A stretch of DNA of 64,000 bases from Nibricoccus sp. (GTDB lineage: Bacteria; Verrucomicrobiota; Verrucomicrobiia; Opitutales; Opitutaceae): positions 2,784,001 to 2,848,000 of the forward strand of contig JASGHG010000001.1 in NCBI GenBank assembly GCA_047602425.1, given 5' to 3'. Below are positions 17,149-27,851 of this stretch, in pieces. The notes below the pieces were generated by a model that ran no database searches, was not told the origin of the DNA, and worked only from the letters and a program-made list of their open reading frames with translations. The translations under genes and the position numbers were made by a program. The stretch's first letter is position 1. Every line of letters starts with the position of its first letter.

Positions 17149-18672
17149 ATGGCACGCCCACTCGATGTCCTCTTCGTCAATGCGGATTCTGCAACCTCCG
17201 CCTATCAGGCACTCGCCAAGGATTTCGCCGCCATCGAACCACCGACCTGGTCGCTGCTCCTGGCTCAGAGCTGCCGTGCGCAGGGATTTGGCGTCGCGCT
17301 GATCGATGCGACGGCGGAACGGCTCACTCATGAGCAGACCGTCGCCCGCATTGCTGCGGCTGCTCCCCGGCTCGTCTGCTTTGTCGTTTACGGCCAAAAT
17401 CCAAATTCCGGCACGACCAACATGATTGGCAACACCGCCTGTTGTCGTCTGCTGAAGGACGTTCATCCCGAGATGAAGACCTGCTTTGTGGGTTCCCACA
17501 CCAGCGCGCTGCCCCGGGAAGTTATCGCGTTGCCTTATGTGGATTTCATTTTGCTCAACGAAGGCGTGTACGCGCTCCACAATCTGCTGCGCAGCGACCT
17601 CGTCACTCAACTCGAAAAGATTAACGGCATCGGTTACAAAATCGACGGCGTCACGGTGCTGAACGCGCCGGAACGCGTGGTGCCGAACGACCGCATGGAC
17701 ATCGATCTGCCCGGCTACGCCTGGGATCTTTTGCCCTATCGCGAAAAGCCCCTCGATCTCTATCGCGCTCATTTCTGGCACGCGGAATTTAATCACGATA
17801 AGCGGACGCCGTTTGCGTCGCTCTACACGTCCCTCGGCTGCAAGTTCAAGTGCGACTTCTGCATGGTCAATATCGTGAATCGCACGAGCAACGAGGAAGG
17901 TACTGTTTCGGCGCATTCGCCGAATATGCGGTTTTGGTCGCCTGCATTTATTCTGAAGGAGTTCGAAAAGCTGGCCGGCTACGGCGTGCAATCCATCCGG
18001 ATTTCGGACGAAATGTTTTTCCTCAACAAAAACTATTTCGAACCGCTAATCGACGGACTCATCGAACGCGATTTCGGACTGCGGATGTGGGCGTATTCGC
18101 GTGTGGATACCGTGCGCAAACAATACCTGGAAAAGTTTCGCAAGGCTGGCATTGGCTGGCTCGCACTCGGAGTCGAAGCGGCAAACCAGCAAATTCGCCG
18201 CGAAGTTTCCAAGGGCACCTTTGAGGAGATCAACATCCGTGAGGTCGTCGGCACCGTTCGAGAAGCCGGTATAAATGTTATCGCCAATTATATTTTCGGT
18301 TTCCCCGACGATACCCACGAAACGATGCAGCAGACGCTCGATCTGGCGTTGGAGCTCAACACCGAGACGGCGAACATGTATCCTTGTCAGGCCCTTCCCG
18401 GCAGTCCGCTCCATCGCACCGCGGTCGCCAATGGATGGAAGCTGCCGGAAGATTATTCGGGCTACGCGTTTCTCTCCTACGAAAGCCAGCCGCTACCTAC
18501 AAAACATCTCTCCGCGGCCGAAGTCCTGCGCTTCCGCGATCAGGCTTGGCATACCTATTTCTCCAACCCTGCTTACCTCGCTCTTGTCGAAAGCAAGTTT
18601 GGTCTCGCCCAGAGGAAAAATGTAGAAGAAATGAGCAGGATTCAGTTGAAGCGAAAGTTGCTCGAGGCATAG
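17149..18672 (+). CDS. Cobalamin-binding radical SAM protein (class B methyltransferase-like)
   Basis: N-terminal B12-binding-like domain (EPP.W..LLA, GSH.SALP) and CKFKCDFC cluster motif. Confidence 0.88.
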   Translation: MARPLDVLFVNADSATSAYQALAKDFAAIEPPTWSLLLAQSCRAQGFGVALIDATAERLTHEQTVARIAAAAPRLVCFVVYGQNPNSGTTNMIGNTACCRLLKDVHPEMKTCFVGSHTSALPREVIALPYVDFILLNEGVYALHNLLRSDLVTQLEKINGIGYKIDGVTVLNAPERVVPNDRMDIDLPGYAWDLLPYREKPLDLYRAHFWHAEFNHDKRTPFASLYTSLGCKFKCDFCMVNIVNRTSNEEGTVSAHSPNMRFWSPAFILKEFEKLAGYGVQSIRISDEMFFLNKNYFEPLIDGLIERDFGLRMWAYSRVDTVRKQYLEKFRKAGIGWLALGVEAANQQIRREVSKGTFEEINIREVVGTVREAGINVIANYIFGFPDDTHETMQQTLDLALELNTETANMYPCQALPGSPLHRTAVANGWKLPEDYSGYAFLSYESQPLPTKHLSAAEVLRFRDQAWHTYFSNPAYLALVESKFGLAQRKNVEEMSRIQLKRKLLEA

Positions 18673-18720
18673 CCTGGAGCTTCTTCCGCCGAACAGAACC
18701 AAGGAGAAATCCTGCGACAC

Positions 18721-21700
18721 ATGAATGACGAGATTCGAGTTCTGTTCCTCAATCCCGAGCAATATTTCGATTTTGAAAAAGAGCCTTCGAATCTGGAGCT
18801 GCGGCTCCCGATTCTGAATTGCGGTCTGAATATCCGGCACCGCGATCATATTTATCAGCGCGACCTGCGGGCGCATGGTCGACAGGAAATGAACGAAGCG
18901 GTCTGGCGGCAGACGCTCGAATTTGATCCGCACCTCGTCATCTATTCGACGACGTGGCCGCACGAATCCCTCGACGCCAGCGTCCTGAAAAAAATCCTGA
19001 ACAAGGGGATTCCGATTCTGACTCATGTGTGGGATACGCATATCGAGCCGGCTCCGCACGAGTGGGATTGGTTCACGAGTTGCTCGCATTTTGCCGTCGC
19101 CGACTCGGTGACGAATTTTTCCCGCTATCATTCTCTGGCGCGCCATCTCGGCAGTCCCGAAGTCCTGCTGACGACCGGAAACCTCGTCTTCACCGATGTC
19201 TTCCAACGCAAGCCACTGCAAAAAATCTTTGATGTGGCGATGGTCGGAAGCATGGAAGGGGGCCGTGTGGCGTTTATCAATGCCGTGAGCTCGCGGCTCG
19301 CATCCAAAGGTCGGAACCTTCACGTCGCTGGCGGACTCGTTGACAGCAAAAAAGGAAGTGGGCGCGACGCGGCAAGCGATGGCTGGGTGTCGCCCGAAAA
19401 ATACGCCGACATTCTCAACCAGAGCCGAATCGGGCTGAGCACCCAAACCGATCCGCACCGGAGCCAGATCAAAGGCAAGGTGTTTCACTACATGTCCTGC
19501 GGGATTCTCTGCCTCACCGATCGGAACGCTGAGATCGAGCAGATCATTCCCGACGATTGCGTTGTCTATTTTGAATCCGAGGAAGATTGTGCGGAAAAAA
19601 TCCATTACTATCTGGAAAACGAAGCGGAGCTGAACCGGATCGCCACTGGAGGTTACGATTGGTTCCATAATACGTTTGATTACAAAAAATTCTGGTCCGC
19701 CACGCTGCCGGCTATCTTGGAGCAAAAACATTTTTCCAAGCCTGCCTGGCTCAGAACCCCGGCCCCGGCTCCTTTGTTATTTTCCAGCGCTCGTACGTCT
19801 GATGAATCCGGTACTCCGGAATTGGCACGAAATTTCTCCGGCGGGAACTTTGCTGCCGTCGCGCAGGGTGAAGCCGACGGATCTTGGCGGCATTTCGCCG
19901 CGCAGGGACTCGTCGGCAACACGCGTCCAGCCTTGGAGGGGCTTGCGCAGTTCGGCAATCCTGAGGCACGTTTTTATTCCGGGGTTTCCTCTTGGATTTT
20001 CGGTGATGACGCCGCTGCACTGAAAACTTTGGAAGGGATCGATCTTCCTGCTGCCGTTCGGTTGCGGGAATTGATTTCACGACCGCGCATCGACGTCCTG
20101 ACCCAATGCCCTGCGGGATCCAGCCAATATGTGCCGGATTTTTCCTCCTGCGCGGAGGATCGGTTTCGAATCAAAAACATCGCTACCGAAGGAGGAGACG
20201 GGCTGCGGCATTCGCGTGTTTCCCCCGGCACCGATGTTCGAGATTTTTTGAGCGGCGATTTTAGCCCGGCGTTTTATCTTTGCCGCGAAATCGAATGGAT
20301 GGCCCTTCCCACCAACCTTCACAAGCTGGAGTGCCCGGTCTTTGGCCACACCGAAGACTACGATATTCACGTGCAGGCGATTTTTTCTCAGTATGGCCTT
20401 TTCGACAGCGTAGTGACTTGTGGCTCCCACGAATGGAACGCCTTGTCTCGCATGCTTCCGGTGCCGGTCTGCACGTTTCCGAAGGCATATGGCCTTCAGA
20501 ATGGCCTTCCTGAACTCGGCAAAGATAAGCGCGACATCGACCTCTTTTTTTCCGGGACAATTTTTCACCCTTACCACCCGGACAAGGCAAAGTTCGTCAA
20601 CGGACTGCTGGATCGTGTGGACGACTCGCTAAACCTGAAAGTGATTTCCAGTCACCTTCTCCCTGACGACTATTTCAAGCTATTAGGTCGCACGAAAATC
20701 TGCCTGCCCTATGTGCGCTTCGATGGTTCGATGCCGACGCGTGGGATGGAAGCTCTGGCGATGGGAAACGCGCTCATTGTTCAAAAAGGTTGCTCGCTTC
20801 CTGCTTACTTTGGCGAAGAGGACGGAGTTTTTACCTGCGACTATTCGAGCGCTGAGTTGCCGGCTTTGATCGAAAAAATTTCGAAGAACTGGCCGGACGT
20901 CGCCCCGCAAGCCGAGCGCGGCGCGCGCCGGATTCGCGAAGAGTTTTCGATGCGGAAGGTGACATCGGAATACCTGCGGTTCCTCACCGTGTTGGCCGCG
21001 ATGGCTCCGCGGCGGGAAAAGCATGCTCTTGGCGACACACGCAGCAAGCGCTCGGTGATCAGCGTCGGCTGGACGCACGATTCCGACTATTATCTCGAAT
21101 CGCTTGCCGCGATGTCCCGCAATTTTGCAGATACCGCTTGGTTTTCACCGACGGCGATCAACGATTTTGCCCGGGAACTCTTGCTCTTTCACGCGACCTC
21201 GGCGGACCAGAAAGTTGTTGATAAGATCACGCGGTGGGGACGCTGGCCGGTTCCAGTTCCTGAGTTTCTCGGCAAGGCGCTGGACCTTCTGCGTGGCGGT
21301 ATCGCCATGTTCCCCCGCTTCCTCGCTTTGCAGTTCAACCTCATGCGCGCTCTTCACCATTTTGGCGGAGCGGCGGTCGAGGTTGGGAAGATGGCGGAAG
21401 CGATCGCGGAGTCGCACGAATCCGACTGGGATATTGGCCCGCTCGACGACGTTTTGCCTTACGACTTTTTCCCCGATCACTTCAACTACCGCTCATACTT
21501 CGACCTGACGGTGAACGTGCTGAGCGAGAGGAAAGAAAGAGCCCCCGGGCTTTTCCCTCTGATTCGCGCCTCTGCCGCACACTACTTGACGATGGCAGGC
21601 GGTTCGGTCGAGTGCGCGCGCAAGGCTGTCGAGTGGGATCCGGAATTTCCGCTCTATCGGGTCGATCTAGCCAAGCGGCTCGCCGCCACGAAAAGTTTCC

Positions 21701-21873
21701 GCCAGGAGGCTGCGCAAATCCTCGCGGCACTCGCTGGTGAGGATATCATTCCCCTCGGCGCGTGGGACGAATTACAGAAGTTGAATCTCTCGTCAGAACT
21801 TCCGCCGGAGACGGCGCAAGCGCTGGCCGTTCGGATCGGTCGCATCCGGGCCCGGATCGAGCAGAAACGCTAA
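18721..21873 (+). CDS. Large glycosyltransferase with two GT-B (CgeB/Glyco_trans_1_2-like) modules
   Basis: 'YADILNQSRIGL...KGKVFHYMSCG...KIHYYLENE' and 'YFKLLGRTKICL...RGMEALAMG'. 1050 aa. Confidence 0.75.
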   Translation: MNDEIRVLFLNPEQYFDFEKEPSNLELRLPILNCGLNIRHRDHIYQRDLRAHGRQEMNEAVWRQTLEFDPHLVIYSTTWPHESLDASVLKKILNKGIPILTHVWDTHIEPAPHEWDWFTSCSHFAVADSVTNFSRYHSLARHLGSPEVLLTTGNLVFTDVFQRKPLQKIFDVAMVGSMEGGRVAFINAVSSRLASKGRNLHVAGGLVDSKKGSGRDAASDGWVSPEKYADILNQSRIGLSTQTDPHRSQIKGKVFHYMSCGILCLTDRNAEIEQIIPDDCVVYFESEEDCAEKIHYYLENEAELNRIATGGYDWFHNTFDYKKFWSATLPAILEQKHFSKPAWLRTPAPAPLLFSSARTSDESGTPELARNFSGGNFAAVAQGEADGSWRHFAAQGLVGNTRPALEGLAQFGNPEARFYSGVSSWIFGDDAAALKTLEGIDLPAAVRLRELISRPRIDVLTQCPAGSSQYVPDFSSCAEDRFRIKNIATEGGDGLRHSRVSPGTDVRDFLSGDFSPAFYLCREIEWMALPTNLHKLECPVFGHTEDYDIHVQAIFSQYGLFDSVVTCGSHEWNALSRMLPVPVCTFPKAYGLQNGLPELGKDKRDIDLFFSGTIFHPYHPDKAKFVNGLLDRVDDSLNLKVISSHLLPDDYFKLLGRTKICLPYVRFDGSMPTRGMEALAMGNALIVQKGCSLPAYFGEEDGVFTCDYSSAELPALIEKISKNWPDVAPQAERGARRIREEFSMRKVTSEYLRFLTVLAAMAPRREKHALGDTRSKRSVISVGWTHDSDYYLESLAAMSRNFADTAWFSPTAINDFARELLLFHATSADQKVVDKITRWGRWPVPVPEFLGKALDLLRGGIAMFPRFLALQFNLMRALHHFGGAAVEVGKMAEAIAESHESDWDIGPLDDVLPYDFFPDHFNYRSYFDLTVNVLSERKERAPGLFPLIRASAAHYLTMAGGSVECARKAVEWDPEFPLYRVDLAKRLAATKSFRQEAAQILAALAGEDIIPLGAWDELQKLNLSSELPPETAQALAVRIGRIRARIEQKR

Positions 21874-21875
21874 TC

Positions 21876-24800
21876 ATGGAGACAACCTCACAACATCTTT
21901 CGCGCGAGCAGCTCATCGCTTCCCTGCGATCCTGCGCGGCATCGGTTGCCGGCTCGTCGACTGCACTTGCTGCGCAGATTGCCGCTGAAAAATTTTCGTT
22001 TGAATCGGAATTTGCCGTAGCGTGCGGCGGGGGGCTGAGCGAAATCCTTGCGGTTCCGGCGCCAGCTCAAGGCCAGGAGACACCAGTACTGCCGCTCGGG
22101 ACTCTCCAGCAGGTTTTGGCTCAGCAGTCGCCGCAGCCGTGCGTAATTCCGCCGATCCAAGGCGGCAAAACCAAGCGTCCTCTCTGGACAGTCGCCATTC
22201 CTGCGTGCGATCCGAATCCTGAATACTTTTCAGTCCTTCTCTCGCGTGTGGTTAGGGCGCTCTCTAAAACTGCGTCATGGGAAATTGTGATTGTTGACGG
22301 GTCTTCAAAAAAAGAAGCGTTCGCCTCGGTGGCCGATCTGCTTTCCAAGCACGCCATCAGCATCTTTTCTCTCTCAGAGGGCGCGGGTCCGCTTGCAGCC
22401 CGAAACGAGTGCCTCCGTCGTGCTCGGGGCGAATTTGTACATATCCTCCAGCAAGATGATTTCGTTTTTGAACATTTTTATTCTGAACTCGGAGCCGCTT
22501 TGAAGTCGCATCCCCAGGCCGGGTTAGCCGCCTGTCGCAACGAGTTTATCGATTCCCGTGGGCAGGTGATTTCGATCAAGGCCGGTCAGGAAAAAAGCGG
22601 TCTCTATTGCGACACGACTTTTGCCGTCGTGTGGGCTTATCGAATTCCCTTTTCCGCGGTGGTTGTGCGACGAGCGCTTTACGAAAAGCTCGGTGGATTT
22701 CACGAAGACCTCGGACTCTGGGCGGAATGGGAGATGCGCGCGCGGCTTCTTGCCGCTTCGCCGCTCTGGTTTCATCAGGACGTATTGATGTTGCCCCGCC
22801 TTCACGCCGCGAGCTGGCGGCAGAAAGAAATGCGTGCGGCCCGCGGTCTGGACGCATGCGCCCAGGCTGTTTCCAGAGCAATCAAATACTATCCTGCGTC
22901 TATCTCCAAGGATTTCGGGAAGATCTCTGCCGATCTTTTCGCCCGGGAATTCGCCCACTTTGGATGCTGCCTGGTCACCGCCAATCAACTTCGCGAGGGA
23001 ATGGTTCATTTCGAAGCGGCGACACGCCTCAGTTCGCACCCGAATATTTTGGAAATTGCGAAACGAAGATCCTTCCACCTGCTCAAGTCCCAAATGTTGA
23101 AGACGAGCGCCACACCAACCAGTTCGCCAAGCCAAGACCAGCCGCAATCGGCGGCGGCTGACGGAGATTTTTTCCCGGCGGACGAACTGCAAAATCTGCA
23201 ATCAGTCGTGGCGGCCTACCGCGCTACTCCGGCGGATCCTGACGCGGTCGGGCAGGCCCGGGCCTTGCGCAACGGACTTTGCACCTACCTGCTGGATGCC
23301 GAGGCGGCTTCACTCCAAAACCTTTTTGCCGGCAACTTTAAAAAAGTATTTTTATTGGTTTGGGAAAGCGGCATTACGGCGGAAGATGCGGGCGACGAGG
23401 AAAAACAACTTGCGCAGCGCGCCGTCGAGATTTTGTCGGCATCATCGGGCGATCCTCGCGGTCTGCTCGCCACGATGCTGCTTTTTCCGGCCCATCGAGC
23501 GGTTCTCAAAGTGGAATTTTCAGGCAAGCCGGATTGGCTCTTGGGAATGTACATGGACTATCTTTTGGCCAGCCCGGATGGCTTTGTGCTGCCGGGCGAA
23601 GCCGATCGGTATTGGGAGCATCTGTCCGCCATTCTCACATCGGCAGGGGACGAGATTGCCCGCAGAACCACGGCGTTGTCCGTGAAGAACGCTCTTTTTC
23701 AAGTGGCGCTTAGACTCAATGTGATTCCCGCATACTTCTCGGAGCGCGACATGAAGGAGCTCATGCGGATGCGGGCTCGGGTGGTTCGGTTTCTCCTGGA
23801 GCAAAATGGCCATCGCCTTGAAGCGACGTTTCCACCGCGGCCGTTTCACCGCAAAAAAATTCGGGTCGGTTTTCTCAGCGCGCATCTCGGACCGCAAACC
23901 GAGACTTATACAAGCGTGCCTTCGTTTTACCTCGACCGGGAAAAATTTGAGATTCACCTCTTCGTGCTTGGGAGCAATCCGAGCGCCATCGAGAATCACG
24001 CTCGCAGCGTGGCCGATTCGTTCACCGTGTTGCCACCGCAACTCGCCGCACGTATCGCAGCCTTGCGCGGCGCCGAGCTCGATGTGCTCGTCATTGGTAC
24101 AAACATGACAGCTGTCACCAACGACGTTACGCTTCTGGGCTCCTGTCGATTGGCACCCATCCAGATCGCGTCGAGTTCCTCGCCCATGACTCCCGGACTG
24201 CCACACCTCGATGGATTTCTGTCGGGAATTGTCCACGGTTACGATGCGTACAGCGGACAATATAACGAGCGGCTCCTCCTTTTCGACGGCGCCATTAGCT
24301 GTCTCGAATATTCGGTGGACCGTCCGAAAACTGAAACCGTTTTCAAACGCCGGGATTTTGGAATTCCCGACGGGGTTCCGATTTTTGTCAGTGGGGCAAA
24401 TTTCTTTAAAATCCTACCCGAGCTTCAGGCCACTTGGGCCAAAGTTCTCCAACGAGTTCCGGGCTCGTATCTCCTCCTCCATCCTTTTAATCGGAACTGG
24501 TCGAGTCGGTATCCGATCGCTCGCTTCCGGCGCGATATTTGCCGGGTGTTCGAGCAGGCGGGCGTTGATCCCGCTCGCATCGTCATTTCCGAAAAGACGC
24601 TTCCTTCCAGTGCGGATGTTTGCCAGCTCATGGCCTTGGGTGACGTCTATCTCGATTCGTTCCCTTTTTCCGGCAGCGTCTCTCTCGTGGATCCTCTGGA
24701 GGCGGGAGTTCCGCCCGTTGCGTGGCGCGCCTTCTCCACGCGCGGTCTCATGGCGGCTTCGATGCTTTCTGACCTCGATCTTCGCGAACTCGTGGCGGAA

Positions 24801-25863
24801 TCTGAGGAAGAGTATGTCGCATCGGCTCGTCCGTCTCGCTACCGATGCGCAGGAACGTGAACGGATCAGCGCGAAAATCCGTTCAGCCATGGCTGCCGGT
24901 CCGAGATTTTTTGATGTCCAAAAATATGGCCGGGAAGTCAGTCGCGTGCTGGAGGAAGTCGTCCTTGCGGAACGCAAGACCGAGGCGGTTCCCGCTAGCA
25001 AAGAAATCGTTCGCCGCGCGGAAACGGCTTTGGTTTCCGGGCGGCTCGGTGAGGTCGAGGACCTTTGTCGATATTTGCTTGAACGTGAACCGGCGACTGC
25101 TGCGTGCTGGGCTTTGCTCGCCGAACTCGCCCGCCGATGTGGCGACCTCAGTTATGCCTCCGATCTCATCAGCCAAGCTGTGGAACTGGAACCCAACCGC
25201 GCGGACTTTTGGAGCGCACTCGGGGAAATCCGCCGCGAAAACGCGGACTCCGATGGCGCGATGGAAGCGTTCAACCGTGCCCTCGAGCTAAGCTCGGCCC
25301 TCCCGAACGCGTGGCTTGGAAAGGCCGTCGTGCACGCCGGGCGGAAGGAGTTCGCGGAGGCGGAAAAAGCCTACAGCCAAGCACTCGTTTCCTCGAAAGA
25401 CCGCGTAGAGACCGCCCGAATTCGCGTGAGCTTCGCCAGCTTCCTCAAGGAGCAAAAAAGGATAAAGGAGGCGATCAAGCAGATGCACCAAGCGGTTTCG
25501 GCGGCACCCGACTCGTGCGAGACGATGCTTCTTCTTGGATCATTTCTCAGGGAAAGCGGCGACTTGGTTGAAGCCGCTTCAACCTTCTCTCGCGTCGTCA
25601 AAAAATTCCCGGATTCCGCCAAGGGCTGGATCGAATGGGGCAACGTTCTCCTTCTTTCGGGCAAATGTGGCGAAGCAGTTGAAAAAATGCGGAAGGCGGT
25701 GGCCTGTCAGCCGGACGACCCCGACGCCCTGTTCAATTTGGGACATGCCTTGCAGCGGAACGGTCAGCGCACGGAGGCTCTCCAGGCATATCGCGATGCA
25801 GAACGCGCTGGGTGCGATGCCGAGGATTTACACACCCGGATCGGAGCGCTTTTGAAAGAGTAG
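21876..25863 (+). pseudogene. GT2 + GT41-like + TPR fusion glycosyltransferase with a one-base frameshift near 24828 (pseudogene or sequence error)
   Basis: GT2 motifs (ARNECL..ARGEFV.IL.QDD), GT41-like motifs (KIRVGF, DVYLDSFPFSG..S..D.L..GVP) and C-terminal TPRs. The ...EEEYVASA|VRLATDAQER... junction is split across two frames. Confidence 0.75.
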
Positions 25864-25901
25864 GTGCAACGCAGCGCCGGCCTTTTCCATCAAGGCTGTG
25901 G

Positions 25902-26894
25902 TTATAAAAAACCGAGATGGCCGGGCGGGAAACCGCGGCGGCTGCGAGCGACGAAGAACTGCTCAGCGATGAGCTTCCATATAGGTGCAAATGGTCGCAG
26001 CGATGGCGGAGGGGCTGAGGTTGCTGGCTTCGCGAGCATGGGTCGGATCGCTGTGGGGCCGAGGAATTCGTCTTCTGTTCCCAAGCGCAGGAGGCGTGCA
26101 TGCTGCCGTCCGGAATTGTCTGTCAGCCATTCCGAAACAGCAGATCCAAATCCACCAATCCGGCTGTGTTCCTCGATGGTGACAACCAGTTCGTCCTTTG
26201 TGAAGTAGCGCAGGAGGGCCGAGGTATCCAACGGCTTAATACTGGCACAACTGCAAACCCGGGGGCACAGGCTGGTTTGCTCAAGAATGTCGGCGGCCCT
26301 GATCGCGGCCGACATCAGGCTGCCGGTTACAAGCAGGGTGACCCTGGAACCTTGCCGAACTTGTTTCCAGACACCAAATGAAAAGGCTGGTCGTTCCGGG
26401 AAAAAGGCGGATTCGCCCTTCGCGCCAATGCGGATGTAGGTGGGGCCGTTCTCGCTCAGGGCAGCGCGGAGGCAGGAGCGAAGTTCCATCGGGTCGGCGG
26501 GAGCCAGCACGCGCATGCCGGGGAGGGTGCGCATGGCGGCGATATCCTGGAGCGCGAGATGGGATTCGCCTTTGGCGATTGCGGATAGTCCGGTGTCGGT
26601 GCCGACGATCACGACCGGCAGGCCATGATAACAGACATCGAATTTAATTTGATGAAGATACTCGGAGCTGGCGGAGGACGCATTGAGGACGCACAAGGGC
26701 CTCAGGCCAGAGCTGGCCAGTCCCGCGGCGAGGCCGATCGTGGCGCCGCGTTCTCCACTGGTATCGAAAAGTTGCTTGGGCTGGGCGCTGCCAAATTTTT
26801 GAAACAGTGTGGGCTCGTCGAGTGCGTTGAGCACCACGAGCCGTGCCTCGGTTGCGGCCAGACGGCTGGCTTCATCGACGAGGGCATTTTTCAT
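25902..26894 (-). CDS. Transketolase C-terminal-section homolog, degenerate, with a probable frameshift near 26056 (corrected stop at 25963)
   Basis: IGLAAGLA..G.RP, D..AMR.LPGM.V..PAD and VTIEEH...GGFGSAV motifs; the GIAEQ motif is lost. Confidence 0.75.
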   Translation of the reverse strand: MKNALVDEASRLAATEARLVVLNALDEPTLFQKFGSAQPKQLFDTSGERGATIGLAAGLASSGLRPLCVLNASSASSEYLHQIKFDVCYHGLPVVIVGTDTGLSAIAKGESHLALQDIAAMRTLPGMRVLAPADPMELRSCLRAALSENGPTYIRIGAKGESAFFPERPAFSFGVWKQVRQGSRVTLLVTGSLMSAAIRAADILEQTSLCPRVCSCASIKPLDTSALLRYFTKDELVVTIEEHSRIGGFGSAVSEWLTDNSGRQHARLLRLGTEDEFLGPTAIRPMLAKPATSAPPPSLRPFAPIWKLIAEQFFVARSRRGFPPGHLGFL

Positions 26895-27709
26895 CGCGTC
26901 AGCTCCTTTCGCGCAGTTTCAACTTCTTCCTCGGAGGGAGGCCGGTTGGCCCAAAGATCCTCGCTGGCAAAACCGATGCCGTATCCCTTGTTCGTGGAGG
27001 CAATGAGGGCAAGCGGGCGTTCCTCATCGCGCTGTTCTTTGAGGATTTTACCGATGGCGGTTGTATCGTGTCCGTCCACTTCACGTGTTTCCCAGCCGAA
27101 AGATTTCCATTGAGCGACGGAAGGGTTCTTGCCGGATGGACGGGCGAACTTGTTGGTTTCGACGATGGCGGTCAGATTGCTCAGACCGAGCTGAGCGGCG
27201 ATTCGCGCCGACTCTTGGACGGAATTGGCGCAAAAATCATCACCGATCATGATATAGATTTTGTAATTTTGCTCCAAGGTATGTGCGGCCAGCGCCATGC
27301 CTACGGTTACACCAAGGCCTTGTCCCGGGAGATTCAGTGACCACTCCAGTCCTGGGACACTGTGTGGCGCGGGTTGCAGGGCCAATCGGCAGCCTTCTTT
27401 ATTGAATTGTTTTAATTCTTCACTTGGGAAAAAGCCGCGGCGTGCGAGTACCGCATACAATATGGAAATGGAGTCGCTTTTATTGAAGAGGAAGCGGTCG
27501 CGGTTGGGGTCGTCTGGACGGGTTGGATCGATGCGCAGGATGGTCCAGTAAAGGGCGATCAGCAGCTCGACGCAGGAAAGCGAAGTGCTAGGCAGCACGG
27601 TCTTTGATTGGTGGCTGAGCGCGATCACCTCAAGGCGCAGCTCGCGGGCAACCTGTTCCATGCTTTCGAAAGCCGGTTTGGTGGCAAAAGGGGGGCGCGT
27701 GCGTGCCAT
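26891..27709 (-). CDS. Transketolase N-terminal-section homolog, degenerate
   Basis: SLSCVELL.ALY, PNRDRF, G.GM.LA, FGWE..EVDGHD and T.KG.G are recognisable, but the catalytic His residues and GDG are altered. Confidence 0.8.
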   Translation of the reverse strand: MARTRPPFATKPAFESMEQVARELRLEVIALSHQSKTVLPSTSLSCVELLIALYWTILRIDPTRPDDPNRDRFLFNKSDSISILYAVLARRGFFPSEELKQFNKEGCRLALQPAPHSVPGLEWSLNLPGQGLGVTVGMALAAHTLEQNYKIYIMIGDDFCANSVQESARIAAQLGLSNLTAIVETNKFARPSGKNPSVAQWKSFGWETREVDGHDTTAIGKILKEQRDEERPLALIASTNKGYGIGFASEDLWANRPPSEEEVETARKELTR

Positions 27710-27851
27710 GGCGGGCAAAAGGTTACTAACGGCACAGGCAAATGCAGGCTAAAATTTACATATTGGAAAATTCCGCCGGTACCAGGCAGTCGAACGGACC
27801 GCCAGCGTCGAAGGTTGAGTTTTTGATACTAAACTACAGGCTTAGCTAAGC

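Noticed and set aside
24211..24827. First ~200 aa of the 550-aa ORF 24211-25863 as a separate gene
   Set aside because: This is an alternative-frame overlap of the GT41-like domain; only the part after ~24828 looks protein-like.
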